Positions 10,582 to 19,787 of a stretch of DNA of 64,000 nucleotides are shown here, piece by piece. The position numbers were made by a program, and so were the translations under genes. The stretch is from Methanothermococcus sp. Ax23 (GTDB lineage: Archaea; AGJL01; Methanococci; Methanococcales; Methanococcaceae): positions 128,001-192,000 of the forward strand of contig NZ_CP157522.1 of the NCBI RefSeq assembly GCF_049075655.1. Direction: 5' to 3'. The stretch's first letter is position 1; every line of letters starts with the position of its first letter. The notes under the pieces were generated by a model. That model made no database searches, was not told the origin of the DNA, and worked only from the letters and a program-made list of their open reading frames with translations.

Positions 10582-13185
10582 ATGATGGTGAAAATAAAAT
10601 CAAATCAAATGTTCGAATCAAAAGTTTTCAGGACGGAAGTAAAATTTTATTTTAATAACACATTTATCAAAATATTTAAAAAATATAGGTTAAATCCTGC
10701 AAAAGGAGGAAAACTTTTTGAGGATAAAATTAGAAAAGGGGAAATAAATGGAGTGGATTTACCTGACATGAGTTATCCTATGCATATATTAAATGGAATA
10801 GTTCCTTCTTTAAAAGTTTTAGAAAATAAATGGTTGGATAGGGGTTTAATAAATAAAAATGATGAAAACAACGATATAAAAATGCTCATAAGGTGTTTAT
10901 GCATTGCATACACATTTCATGATATCAACAAATTGCACAATGAAATTGACCTAAAAAAATCAATTGAAGAATATCTTGAAGATGATTTAAACGATTTGAA
11001 ACTTGAATTAAATGAAGAAGAAAGAGAAATCATAAAATATCTTGTATTGGCAACAGAGGAGAGAACGAGATTCACAATTTCAGATGAAAAGTTACCTTCA
11101 AGATTGGGCATTGATAGATTGATAAAAGATGATTTAATTGAGATTATTCATTTGGCAGATGGCATTTCTATTCCAATAAACGAATATGGGGAGTTGTTGA
11201 GAATTTGGAAAAAATTAAAGGAACATGTAGATGTAAATATAGTTTATTTTGATGAAACACCATATGAGCTCTTAACAAGATTTGTTGTTGAAAGGTTGAG
11301 GGAAGAAGTAAATTGTTGTTATATTATATCACCAAGAGGGTTTATTTATGAGGGGGATTCAAATTTGGATGATATTGGAAACCATACTACTTATTTAAAA
11401 AGAACTTTTGAAGATTTTTTACTTAGAAATGTTGAAAAACTTATTACAGTAGATAGACAAAAAGCTCAGCTTGATGTGTTTAGATTTATTGACATAAATA
11501 TGGAAAACATGCGAAAGTTTATGGATAAAATCCTTAAAAAATACGAGTTTGATTATTTTTATAGGGGAATTACAAAAAACGAGGAAATAAATGAGTTATT
11601 TGTTAAAGAATTCGAAGGATTTAATGATGATGAAAAACGGCAATTTATACTTTTAAAATTTTTACTGCAATTAACACCGACTGAAAGCAATAAAAAGGAT
11701 GTTAAGTTGTTGAAAGATAAATTAAGTAAAAAATATTTTGAAGTTAATAATTCCTTCAATATGAATGAAAAAATTGTTGATGATATTAAAAATAGTAAAG
11801 ATACAGGTTTGAAAAACTATTTGAAATTGTATCTTGCTACAAAAGTTGGATTTAGTGAAGAAGATATATTAAACGATTTAAAATATCTATTAAATGAAAA
11901 TTACAAGGGTTCCGAAAAAGTTGATTTAAACATAGTAATTAACGAGATTATGAATTATATATATTTAAATGGCGTAAAACTAAAAAATATAGATGTAAAG
12001 GACATAGGGTCAAAAAAGAAAATTTGTTCATTATGTGGATGCGAATCCGAGATTGTTGCAAACCAAAATTTATGTTTTGGGTTTAAACCAAGAGGATTTA
12101 CTAACAGAACCGTAGTATCCTTGAATAACACTGCTAAAAATATATGTCCGTTATGTTTAACCGAAGTTATATTCAGAAAAATAGTTTTCGGCAATAAGGA
12201 AAATGTTCAATCAGTATATATCGATGCCTACGATTACTTTGTTCCAATACTCGATGAAGAATTAACAAAATATGTGGAAGAAATGTCTGAAAACTTAGGG
12301 AATTTCTTAAAAAACGATATTGAGGATTATAAAAATTCCATAGTATATGGATTTAGGGTTAAAAGTGGGGAGGAACTAACTCCATTTTTAATGAGTTTTG
12401 TGGATATATCAAATCAGGTTGATTTCATAAGATTTTATAGAAATATATTGAATTTTGTATATAACACAGGTTTTAAAGTTTATCTAACTTATCCGTTTAA
12501 TCCAGACAAAATAAAGAAAGAGACTACATTATTTGATTATTCCCCTAAATCATTTAAAAAATTAAAATGGGAACGGGTGAGGATTGATGAAATTGAAAAT
12601 GTAAAAAAAGAGTTTGATTTATTATGGAAGTTAGGGTATACAATAAAAGGAGGGTCTAAATCCGCAAACATTGTAGTTTCTCTGTTTAACGACTATGCAG
12701 ACAATCCAATGGCATTTTTTTACTATTTATCTAAATTAGATAACCCATCATCTTTTGTGAATAAAGATGAGGTTGAATTAAATCCCATTGTAAAAAGAAT
12801 TGGTGGTGAGAAAATGAATATTTTAGAAAAACTTGCAGATGTGGCTTCTGATATAGAGTGGTCAAGTAAAAGTGCTTCATCCAAAACATCCATGATTAGG
12901 GAAAGTTTGGATGTATTAAAAACTGGGGTTAAAAAGGGGTATGATGAAGAGAATATAAAGGCATTAATGGCAGGTATGCTTTATCGAAAGTATCCTTATC
13001 AAAGTAAAAAAGAACGGATAGAAGAATTTTGTAATATATTATATAATGAATTATTTAAAGGCGTATGGAAGGGGAAGATTCCATCTAAAAAAGAGCAGAG
13101 GTATTGGACATACGGGTTTGGCCTATATTACTCAATAAAATCCGATGAAAAAAGAAAAGAGTATTTTTCTAAAAAAGAAAATTAA
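10582..13185 (+). CDS. cas10d: type I-D large subunit Cas10d (Csc3) with N-terminal HD nuclease
   Basis: HILNG, FHDINK and HLADG HD motifs; CSLC..CPLC Zn finger; first gene of the cas operon. Confidence 0.85.
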   Translation: MMVKIKSNQMFESKVFRTEVKFYFNNTFIKIFKKYRLNPAKGGKLFEDKIRKGEINGVDLPDMSYPMHILNGIVPSLKVLENKWLDRGLINKNDENNDIKMLIRCLCIAYTFHDINKLHNEIDLKKSIEEYLEDDLNDLKLELNEEEREIIKYLVLATEERTRFTISDEKLPSRLGIDRLIKDDLIEIIHLADGISIPINEYGELLRIWKKLKEHVDVNIVYFDETPYELLTRFVVERLREEVNCCYIISPRGFIYEGDSNLDDIGNHTTYLKRTFEDFLLRNVEKLITVDRQKAQLDVFRFIDINMENMRKFMDKILKKYEFDYFYRGITKNEEINELFVKEFEGFNDDEKRQFILLKFLLQLTPTESNKKDVKLLKDKLSKKYFEVNNSFNMNEKIVDDIKNSKDTGLKNYLKLYLATKVGFSEEDILNDLKYLLNENYKGSEKVDLNIVINEIMNYIYLNGVKLKNIDVKDIGSKKKICSLCGCESEIVANQNLCFGFKPRGFTNRTVVSLNNTAKNICPLCLTEVIFRKIVFGNKENVQSVYIDAYDYFVPILDEELTKYVEEMSENLGNFLKNDIEDYKNSIVYGFRVKSGEELTPFLMSFVDISNQVDFIRFYRNILNFVYNTGFKVYLTYPFNPDKIKKETTLFDYSPKSFKKLKWERVRIDEIENVKKEFDLLWKLGYTIKGGSKSANIVVSLFNDYADNPMAFFYYLSKLDNPSSFVNKDEVELNPIVKRIGGEKMNILEKLADVASDIEWSSKSASSKTSMIRESLDVLKTGVKKGYDEENIKALMAGMLYRKYPYQSKKERIEEFCNILYNELFKGVWKGKIPSKKEQRYWTYGFGLYYSIKSDEKRKEYFSKKEN
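12814..13185 (+). CDS. cas11d: Cas11d small subunit from an internal in-frame start in cas10d (123 aa)
   Basis: Strong RBS GGTGGTGA 4 nt upstream of an in-frame ATG (MNILEKLADVA...), at the position known for type I-D. Confidence 0.72.
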   Translation: MNILEKLADVASDIEWSSKSASSKTSMIRESLDVLKTGVKKGYDEENIKALMAGMLYRKYPYQSKKERIEEFCNILYNELFKGVWKGKIPSKKEQRYWTYGFGLYYSIKSDEKRKEYFSKKEN

Positions 13186-13227
13186 TTAACTTATATAAAT
13201 ATAAATAAAGGTAAATGGTGATATAAA

Positions 13228-14256
13228 ATGGCAAAACAAAAAATAGAACCTGTTGAGATACAATATGATAAAGAAGTTGTTAATGAGTTTAGAGAAAAAA
13301 TTTACTCCATAATACCGAGTGAATACTTCCAAGATGAATTTGACAAGAGAACACCAAATGTAATAAAAGTGGCAACTATTAGGGAAACTACAGGATATTT
13401 AATAAACCGTTCAACTGAATCAGACGAAGTGATAAGCACATCAATTGATAACAAAGAACCTGTTGTAATTCCATCAAGAAAATTAAAATCAAAGGAAAAA
13501 TTAACTGGTTTAATATTGTGCAGAAAATACCATGTTGTTCATCCAAAATTGGAGTATAATTTTATAAAAGAATCAAAACAATTGGCAAATCCAAATTCCA
13601 TAATATTCGGTGATTCAGTAACTCAATCCAACGATTCCACAGGTCTCCCAGCAAGGGCGATATATGAATGGGCGTATTCAATAAGAGATAAAGACGAAAT
13701 AACCGAAGAATTTACCCATAACGCACTAAGTGAAGAGGGGACAATGTGGGACAAAGACAAGGGTTCTCAAAGGCAGAGTTTGTATGAAATTCAATATATT
13801 AAACCAGGAGTTTATTTCCCACAGTTTTTAACATTCTATGATATTACACCAGAGGGTTTTCTGCATACAATAATTTCCCATGTAAAAACCATACGGTATG
13901 GAGCTCAGCAAAATGTAATGGATGCAAACATGAAAAACAATATAATTGCCATTGCATTGGATACCTTTGAACCACCTGTATCTTCCTATTCAATATCCAA
14001 AGAATTTACGGGAGAGGTTAATTTTGAGAACATTCGGAAATTTATTACAGATAAATTAAATAACAATTCATCTGTTGTTATTAAAGACAAAGAATTGGAA
14101 GAGTTTAATTCATTAGTAGATGAATATTTGAATGATGATGAAAAACTAAAGCAGTTGTATTTAAAAATGCTCAATGATAGCATAAATTATATGATAAAAT
14201 GTAACATATTAAAAAATAAAGAAGTGGATAATTTATTGAAAGAATTGGGTGTCTAA
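13228..14256 (+). CDS. cas7: type I-D Cas7 (Csc2)
   Basis: RKLKSKE, FGDS, HNALSEEGT, YIKPGVYFP and RYGA motifs; operon position. Confidence 0.85.
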   Translation: MAKQKIEPVEIQYDKEVVNEFREKIYSIIPSEYFQDEFDKRTPNVIKVATIRETTGYLINRSTESDEVISTSIDNKEPVVIPSRKLKSKEKLTGLILCRKYHVVHPKLEYNFIKESKQLANPNSIIFGDSVTQSNDSTGLPARAIYEWAYSIRDKDEITEEFTHNALSEEGTMWDKDKGSQRQSLYEIQYIKPGVYFPQFLTFYDITPEGFLHTIISHVKTIRYGAQQNVMDANMKNNIIAIALDTFEPPVSSYSISKEFTGEVNFENIRKFITDKLNNNSSVVIKDKELEEFNSLVDEYLNDDEKLKQLYLKMLNDSINYMIKCNILKNKEVDNLLKELGV

Positions 14257-14899
14257 TATGCTTAAACATTACAAAATAACCCTTCTTTCTCCATTATTTT
14301 CTTATAACAAAACAGAAGGGGGAGTAGCTTCAACTGAGCCGTTTATTGGAGATATTGCCTTAGACTATGCATTAAATTTTAATTTAGCTAAAAAAAGAGA
14401 ATACACATATCAGGTGAAAAATAAGCCTAATTACGAAGAAATAAAAGAATTTGGTTTCTTCTGGACGGTTGGAAGACCCATTGATGTTGAAAAAACAAGA
14501 ATATATGCAAAAAAAACTTCTGAAATCTCTGATTATATGGTTAGAAAGAATATTATTGAACAGATGGGGAAGGGATTATTTAAAAATTATTTCCACATAC
14601 AGGGAATCAAGGAGGGTTCTACTTTTGAAGCATCCCTATGGATGGATGATAAATCCATTAATCTTCCAGAGCGATTTACATTAAGGGTAGGCACAGGTCG
14701 AGAATGTTTGTTACTGTTGGAGGAAAAAGATACTAATGACAATAACAATTCAGAGCTCTGGTTAAATCTCTATACTATTAAAAAAATATTTGGAAAGGAT
14801 ATAAAATTGAGGGAGAATCAAAATATAAAATTTGTTTTATCTAACTACATATTGATTACCAATTGTAAGGATGATGATGTTTTAAAATTATTTGCTTAA
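14249..14899 (+). CDS. cas5: type I-D Cas5 (Csc1)
   Basis: PLFS..TEPFIGDIALDYAL and LRVGTGR motifs; follows cas7. Confidence 0.8.
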   Translation: MSNMLKHYKITLLSPLFSYNKTEGGVASTEPFIGDIALDYALNFNLAKKREYTYQVKNKPNYEEIKEFGFFWTVGRPIDVEKTRIYAKKTSEISDYMVRKNIIEQMGKGLFKNYFHIQGIKEGSTFEASLWMDDKSINLPERFTLRVGTGRECLLLLEEKDTNDNNNSELWLNLYTIKKIFGKDIKLRENQNIKFVLSNYILITNCKDDDVLKLFA

Positions 14900-14917
14900 T
14901 TTTTTTATTTAATTGAA

Positions 14918-16909
14918 TTGAGGGGTATTATGGAATGCTTAAATATTATTGTTTCTAAAAAATGTCTTCCTTTTGGAAATAAAATAATAGATAAATATAA
15001 TATAACCCTTCACAGGTTTCAAGAGATTTTTTATTCAGATATTGCTGAATTAAATAATATAAATTTTATCGTAGCTCCTACTGGGGCAGGTAAAACTTTT
15101 TCTTTTTCATTTCCAATTATTTATGCGGAGGATAATGGCTTTTTTACAAAACCAAGGGGTTTGATTGTAGTTCCCACAAATGCATTGGTAATGGATATTG
15201 AAAAAACCCTTAAAAATTTGGGAATAAAAACATCAGTATTAACAGGGAGCTCACTTACAGAAAAGGGTAGAAAAAGAGGGGAAGAATTAATTGAAATTAC
15301 AAAAAATAGCGAAATTGTTATAACAAATCCAGATATAATAAATTACTTGTTGCATGGTGGATATCACAGATTTGGGCACGTAAAAAATTTCCCGGATTGG
15401 AGCGAATTTTTTAGTAAATTTGATTACATTATTTTTGATGAATATCATCTATATGATGAGGAACAGCTTGGGACAATCTTAGTTTTATTTTTATCTACAT
15501 GGAACTATTTTAAAAAAATAAGGTGGTTTTTTGTTTCAGCTACCCCTGAAGAAAATTTAATGGAGCTCTTCAAAGAACATGGTATTATGTCAAATATAAT
15601 TACACAGCCATTGGACAACAATGGCAGTGGAAGAACAATCCAGGGGGAGATGGATATTGAATTTATTAAAATCTCAAAAAATATTGAAAGAAGTTTGTTT
15701 GGATATTTAATAACCGATGGAAAGCTAAACTACAATGTAAAAATGGAAATAATGTCATCATTATCAAAAAATGAAAAGGTTTTGATAATATTTAATTCAT
15801 TAAGGGATGCTATGAACTTTAAATATATACTTAAACAGGAATTGAAGGAAGAAGGCGTTAATATATGGATAGATACAGGATTGCAAACAAAAGAAAAAAA
15901 GGAAAATAACGACCTTAACCAAATGGAAAATGCCGATATTATAATTACAACTTCAAAGTCAGAAGTCGGAGTAAATTATCCAGTATCATTGTGCTATATG
16001 GATTCTGGGAGGTATTTAAGAAATTTTATGCAGAGGATTGGAAGGGTTGGAAGAGGCAGGGAAAAATGCAAGATATACTGCACTATCAATCCAAAAATAT
16101 ACAATAGACTAGCAGAAAATATCAATAATCAAATAGATTATTATGATTTTGTGGATTTAATGAAAAACGCCTTTGAAGATAAGGAATTTAAAAAAGATAA
16201 AATTCCTAAATTCTGCGGTGCGATTCTGTGGAGTCTTATAAACTCAATGGAAGAATGCCTATACAAGCAATCATACAATAGAAGAAAAATTTTAATGGAT
16301 TTAGCCGATAAATTTCAATACTATTGGGCATTCCATCACTTAAATAAAAAGATAAAGGCGATTGAAGACGATATTGACGAGGATATTGTTGATGAGGATG
16401 TGAGGCATAATCTATTGAAATGGTGGAAGACTATAAAAAATTCATTTAAGAGATTTAGAAATGACAGCATTATTTGGAAAGTAATATATGAGGATGGAAA
16501 AGAAACAGAATATGATTTAATATGGCTCTTAAATAATGCGTTTGTCAGAGTAGATAGAGAAAATAAAATTATTTTTATTGAAGATTTTAGGGATAAAAGG
16601 GAAAATGTAGTTGTAGGCATTGATACATATTCATTATTGGAGAATATCATGTCTGCCACAACTATCGGTGGAAACAATAAAGCTGAATGGTTTAAATTTA
16701 TATATTCTGACTATATTGGAGATATATTCATAGAAAAATTTGAGCAATGGAAACTTCATGCAAGAAAATATTTTGAAGATAAGGAATTTTTTGAAAATCT
16801 GACAAATGATATTGAAACGCTTTCCCCCATATACTCAAAAAAAAGAATTAAAATTTATGATTTAAAAGTTAATTTGGGGGAGATATTTAATGATGATGAC
16901 ATTCTTTAA
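14918..16909 (+). CDS. cas3: type I-D Cas3' helicase (no HD domain)
   Basis: APTGAGKT, DEYH, SAT and QRIGRVGR SF2 motifs. Confidence 0.9.
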   Translation: MRGIMECLNIIVSKKCLPFGNKIIDKYNITLHRFQEIFYSDIAELNNINFIVAPTGAGKTFSFSFPIIYAEDNGFFTKPRGLIVVPTNALVMDIEKTLKNLGIKTSVLTGSSLTEKGRKRGEELIEITKNSEIVITNPDIINYLLHGGYHRFGHVKNFPDWSEFFSKFDYIIFDEYHLYDEEQLGTILVLFLSTWNYFKKIRWFFVSATPEENLMELFKEHGIMSNIITQPLDNNGSGRTIQGEMDIEFIKISKNIERSLFGYLITDGKLNYNVKMEIMSSLSKNEKVLIIFNSLRDAMNFKYILKQELKEEGVNIWIDTGLQTKEKKENNDLNQMENADIIITTSKSEVGVNYPVSLCYMDSGRYLRNFMQRIGRVGRGREKCKIYCTINPKIYNRLAENINNQIDYYDFVDLMKNAFEDKEFKKDKIPKFCGAILWSLINSMEECLYKQSYNRRKILMDLADKFQYYWAFHHLNKKIKAIEDDIDEDIVDEDVRHNLLKWWKTIKNSFKRFRNDSIIWKVIYEDGKETEYDLIWLLNNAFVRVDRENKIIFIEDFRDKRENVVVGIDTYSLLENIMSATTIGGNNKAEWFKFIYSDYIGDIFIEKFEQWKLHARKYFEDKEFFENLTNDIETLSPIYSKKRIKIYDLKVNLGEIFNDDDIL

Positions 16910-16917
16910 GGGATATT

Positions 16918-17436
16918 ATGGATTTAACAAAGTCATTCAGGGACTTAAAAATCAGAGGAACACAGATAAACTACTACTTCATCTGTAAAACAAAACTTTA
17001 TCTTTTTTCGAAAAATATCCAAATGGAAAAAGAGAGCGATATTGTAGAGCTCGGCAATATAATTCATAGGAGGTCCTACAAAAACGAAAAAAGGGATGTG
17101 ATTATTGACAGTATAGCCATAGATTTTATAAAGAATAATGACGGAGCTCTGGAAATTCACGAGGTCAAAAAATCCGATAAAATGAAAACAGCAGATAGAT
17201 ATCAACTTCTCTATTATTTGTTTTATCTAAAAAAATTAGGCATAGAGGCTATTGGAATTATAAATTATCCTTCAAAACATAAGGTAGAAAAAATAACATT
17301 AACTGAAAAAGGCGAAAAAGAATTGATGAAAATTATTGAAGATATTGAAAACATAATAAATCGTGATGAACCGATAAAACCCGAAAGAAAGAGCTATTGC
17401 AAAAAATGTGCATATTATGAATTTTGCTTTTCATAA
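16918..17436 (+). CDS. cas4: Cas4 nuclease
   Basis: INYYFIC, HEVKKS, QLLYYL and CKKCAYYEFC Fe-S motifs. Confidence 0.95.
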   Translation: MDLTKSFRDLKIRGTQINYYFICKTKLYLFSKNIQMEKESDIVELGNIIHRRSYKNEKRDVIIDSIAIDFIKNNDGALEIHEVKKSDKMKTADRYQLLYYLFYLKKLGIEAIGIINYPSKHKVEKITLTEKGEKELMKIIEDIENIINRDEPIKPERKSYCKKCAYYEFCFS

Positions 17437-17451
17437 TACGCGGGGGAAAAT

Positions 17452-18417
17452 ATGAAATCGAATAAATACATTACAACCGATGGAAAACTTGTAAGAAAAG
17501 AAAATACCATATATTTTATAGATAAAAATGGGAAAAGAACTCCAATTCCAGTTGAAAAAATATATGCAATATATAGCTATGGTAGTTTGTCATATACTTC
17601 AAAGGTCGTTGAATTATTGGCAAAATATAATGTTCCGATTCATTATTTTAATAGAAATGGTTGGTATGTGGGGAGCTTCTATCCAAAGGGGGAGCGATTT
17701 TCTGGAAATGTTGTGGTGCATCAATCCAGTCATTATTTAGATAAATACAAAAGGAACCACCTTGCAAAGAAATTCGTTGAAGGTAGTGCTAAAAATATCC
17801 ATCGGAATCTAAGTAGATATAAGGTTGATTTTCCAATCGACGACATAATGAAGAGGTTGGATAATTCAAGCAACATAACGGATATAATGTCTGTTGAGGC
17901 ATTGATGAGGAATGAATACTACGGAAATTTTGATAAGATAATAAATAACTTTCAATTTGAAAAAAGAAGCAGAAGACCGCCACACAACGAGATAAATGCT
18001 TTAATCAGTTTTGGGAACTCGCTTTTATATGCCACAGTAATTACTGAAATATTCAACACATACCTTCATCCAACAATATCCTACCTGCACGAGCCGTCGG
18101 ATAGAAGATTTTCACTTGCCCTTGATATTGCCGATGTTTTTAAGCCGTTATTGGTGGATAGGGTAATATTTAATCTAATAAATAGGAAAATAATAAGGGA
18201 AGACCATTTTGAGAAGGATTTGAATTTCTGTCTGTTAAATGACGAAGGGAGAAAATTATTTTTAAGTTATTATAAAAAACAGCTTGAAAATACTATAAAA
18301 CATAGAAAATTAGGTAGAAATGTCTCATATCAGAGATTAATAAGATTGGAGTGCTACAAACTCCAAAAACATATTTTAGGGATGGAAAAATACGAACCTT
18401 TTATAATTTGGTGGTGA
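17452..18417 (+). CDS. cas1: Cas1 integrase (type I-B-like sequence)
   Basis: KENTIYF, RSRRPP, NALISFGN, SYLHEP and LDIADVFKP motifs. Confidence 0.95.
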   Translation: MKSNKYITTDGKLVRKENTIYFIDKNGKRTPIPVEKIYAIYSYGSLSYTSKVVELLAKYNVPIHYFNRNGWYVGSFYPKGERFSGNVVVHQSSHYLDKYKRNHLAKKFVEGSAKNIHRNLSRYKVDFPIDDIMKRLDNSSNITDIMSVEALMRNEYYGNFDKIINNFQFEKRSRRPPHNEINALISFGNSLLYATVITEIFNTYLHPTISYLHEPSDRRFSLALDIADVFKPLLVDRVIFNLINRKIIREDHFEKDLNFCLLNDEGRKLFLSYYKKQLENTIKHRKLGRNVSYQRLIRLECYKLQKHILGMEKYEPFIIWW

Positions 18418-18425
18418 TGATTTAT

Positions 18426-18689
18426 ATGTATGTGATAATCGTTTATGACGTAGGGGTTGAGAGAGTAAATAAAATAAAGAAATTTTTAAGAACTTGGTTA
18501 AATTGGGTCCAAAACAGTGTGTTCGAAGGAGAATTAACTGAGTCCGAATTTTTAAAAGTGGAAGATGGGCTTAAAAATATAATTGATAAAGAATTAGATA
18601 GCATAATAATATTCAAATTAAGAGATAGAAAGTATATAGATAGAAAGGTATTAGGTATAGAAAAAAATATTCAATCAGATATATTATAG
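18426..18689 (+). CDS. cas2: Cas2
   Basis: MYVIIVYDV and WVQNSVFEG motifs. Confidence 0.95.
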   Translation: MYVIIVYDVGVERVNKIKKFLRTWLNWVQNSVFEGELTESEFLKVEDGLKNIIDKELDSIIIFKLRDRKYIDRKVLGIEKNIQSDIL

Positions 18690-18702
18690 AGGGGAGGAGA
18701 TT

Positions 18703-19414
18703 ATGAGGGCAAAATTAGAGTTTAAAACTGAAAAAGGAACTTTAATCCCATTTAATCATCAGTATCATCTGGCATCTGCCATATACAATGTGCTTAACAA
18801 TGCCGATGGGGAGTATTCAAAAAAGCTTCATGACTACAAAAAATATAAATTTTTCACTTTTTCTTTGTTGAATATTCCTAAACGAAAAATGGACAAAAAT
18901 GGGATAATTACAAGAGACGGTAAGGTTTATCTATACTTATCTTCGCCAAATAACGAATTTTTAGGCAATTTTGTAAGTGGGATACTGGACTGTTATGGAA
19001 GTATTACAATTAATGGTGTAGAGCTCCTGCCAAATACTCTCACCATTGAAAAAATTCCAGAAGAATTTGATATATTGAAGACGATTTCTCCCGTTTATTT
19101 AAAAACTCTTGTTGATAACGAAAACGGTGCTAAAAAAATATATGATTTGCTTCCAGATGATGCCAAATTTTACGAGAACTTTAAAAATAACTTAAAAAGA
19201 AAGTATGAAGAGTTTTTATGGCAAAAAATGCGATTTGGATTTTAATTTTGAAATCTTAAAGTCAAAACAAAAAAGAATGAAAATAAAAAATACTTTTTGT
19301 AGATGTTCTGAATTGGTCTTTAAGGTTGAAGGAGATTATGATTTAATTAGATTTGGTTATGAGTGTGGATTTGGTGAAAAGAATTCTATGGGTTTTGGAA
19401 TGTGTAGGTTTTAA
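18703..19414 (+). pseudogene. cas6: Cas6 endoribonuclease split by a +1 frameshift (or homopolymer sequencing error)
   Basis: N-terminal part IPFNHQY..FFTFS; C-terminal part GFGEKNSMGFG in another frame; removing one T from the T5 run at 19213-19217 restores the frame. Confidence 0.85.
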
Positions 19415-19787
19415 ATCCTTACTATTAACTATTATTTTTTTATAATATTGGTTATTCTTTTTCTATTTTTGAAAATATCCCCTCTACTTTCGTCGTAAAT
19501 GTCTATTATTTTTGATATAATTAATAAATTTAAATAAATGAAATTATGGGGATTTTTAAAATATCTATACTATATTTAGTTATTTTATGGTTTTCCTTGC
19601 TAATTTTTTAAATTTTTAAAAAATACTTATAAAATATCGTTTATTTCTTTAAATATTTGTAAATTATCTGTCGTAGACGAACCCTAATACTATATATACT
19701 CTAAAAATCAATGTGATTCGAGATTCGAAAGTTTTAAATAGAAGAAATGCAAAGGTATTTAGTGTAAAATAAGGAATATTTTAAACT
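19415..19787 (+). promoter_or_regulatory. CRISPR leader
   Basis: AT-rich ORF-free region between cas6 and the first repeat; BRE/TATA-like AAAGTTTTAAATA at about 19728-19740. Confidence 0.7.
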
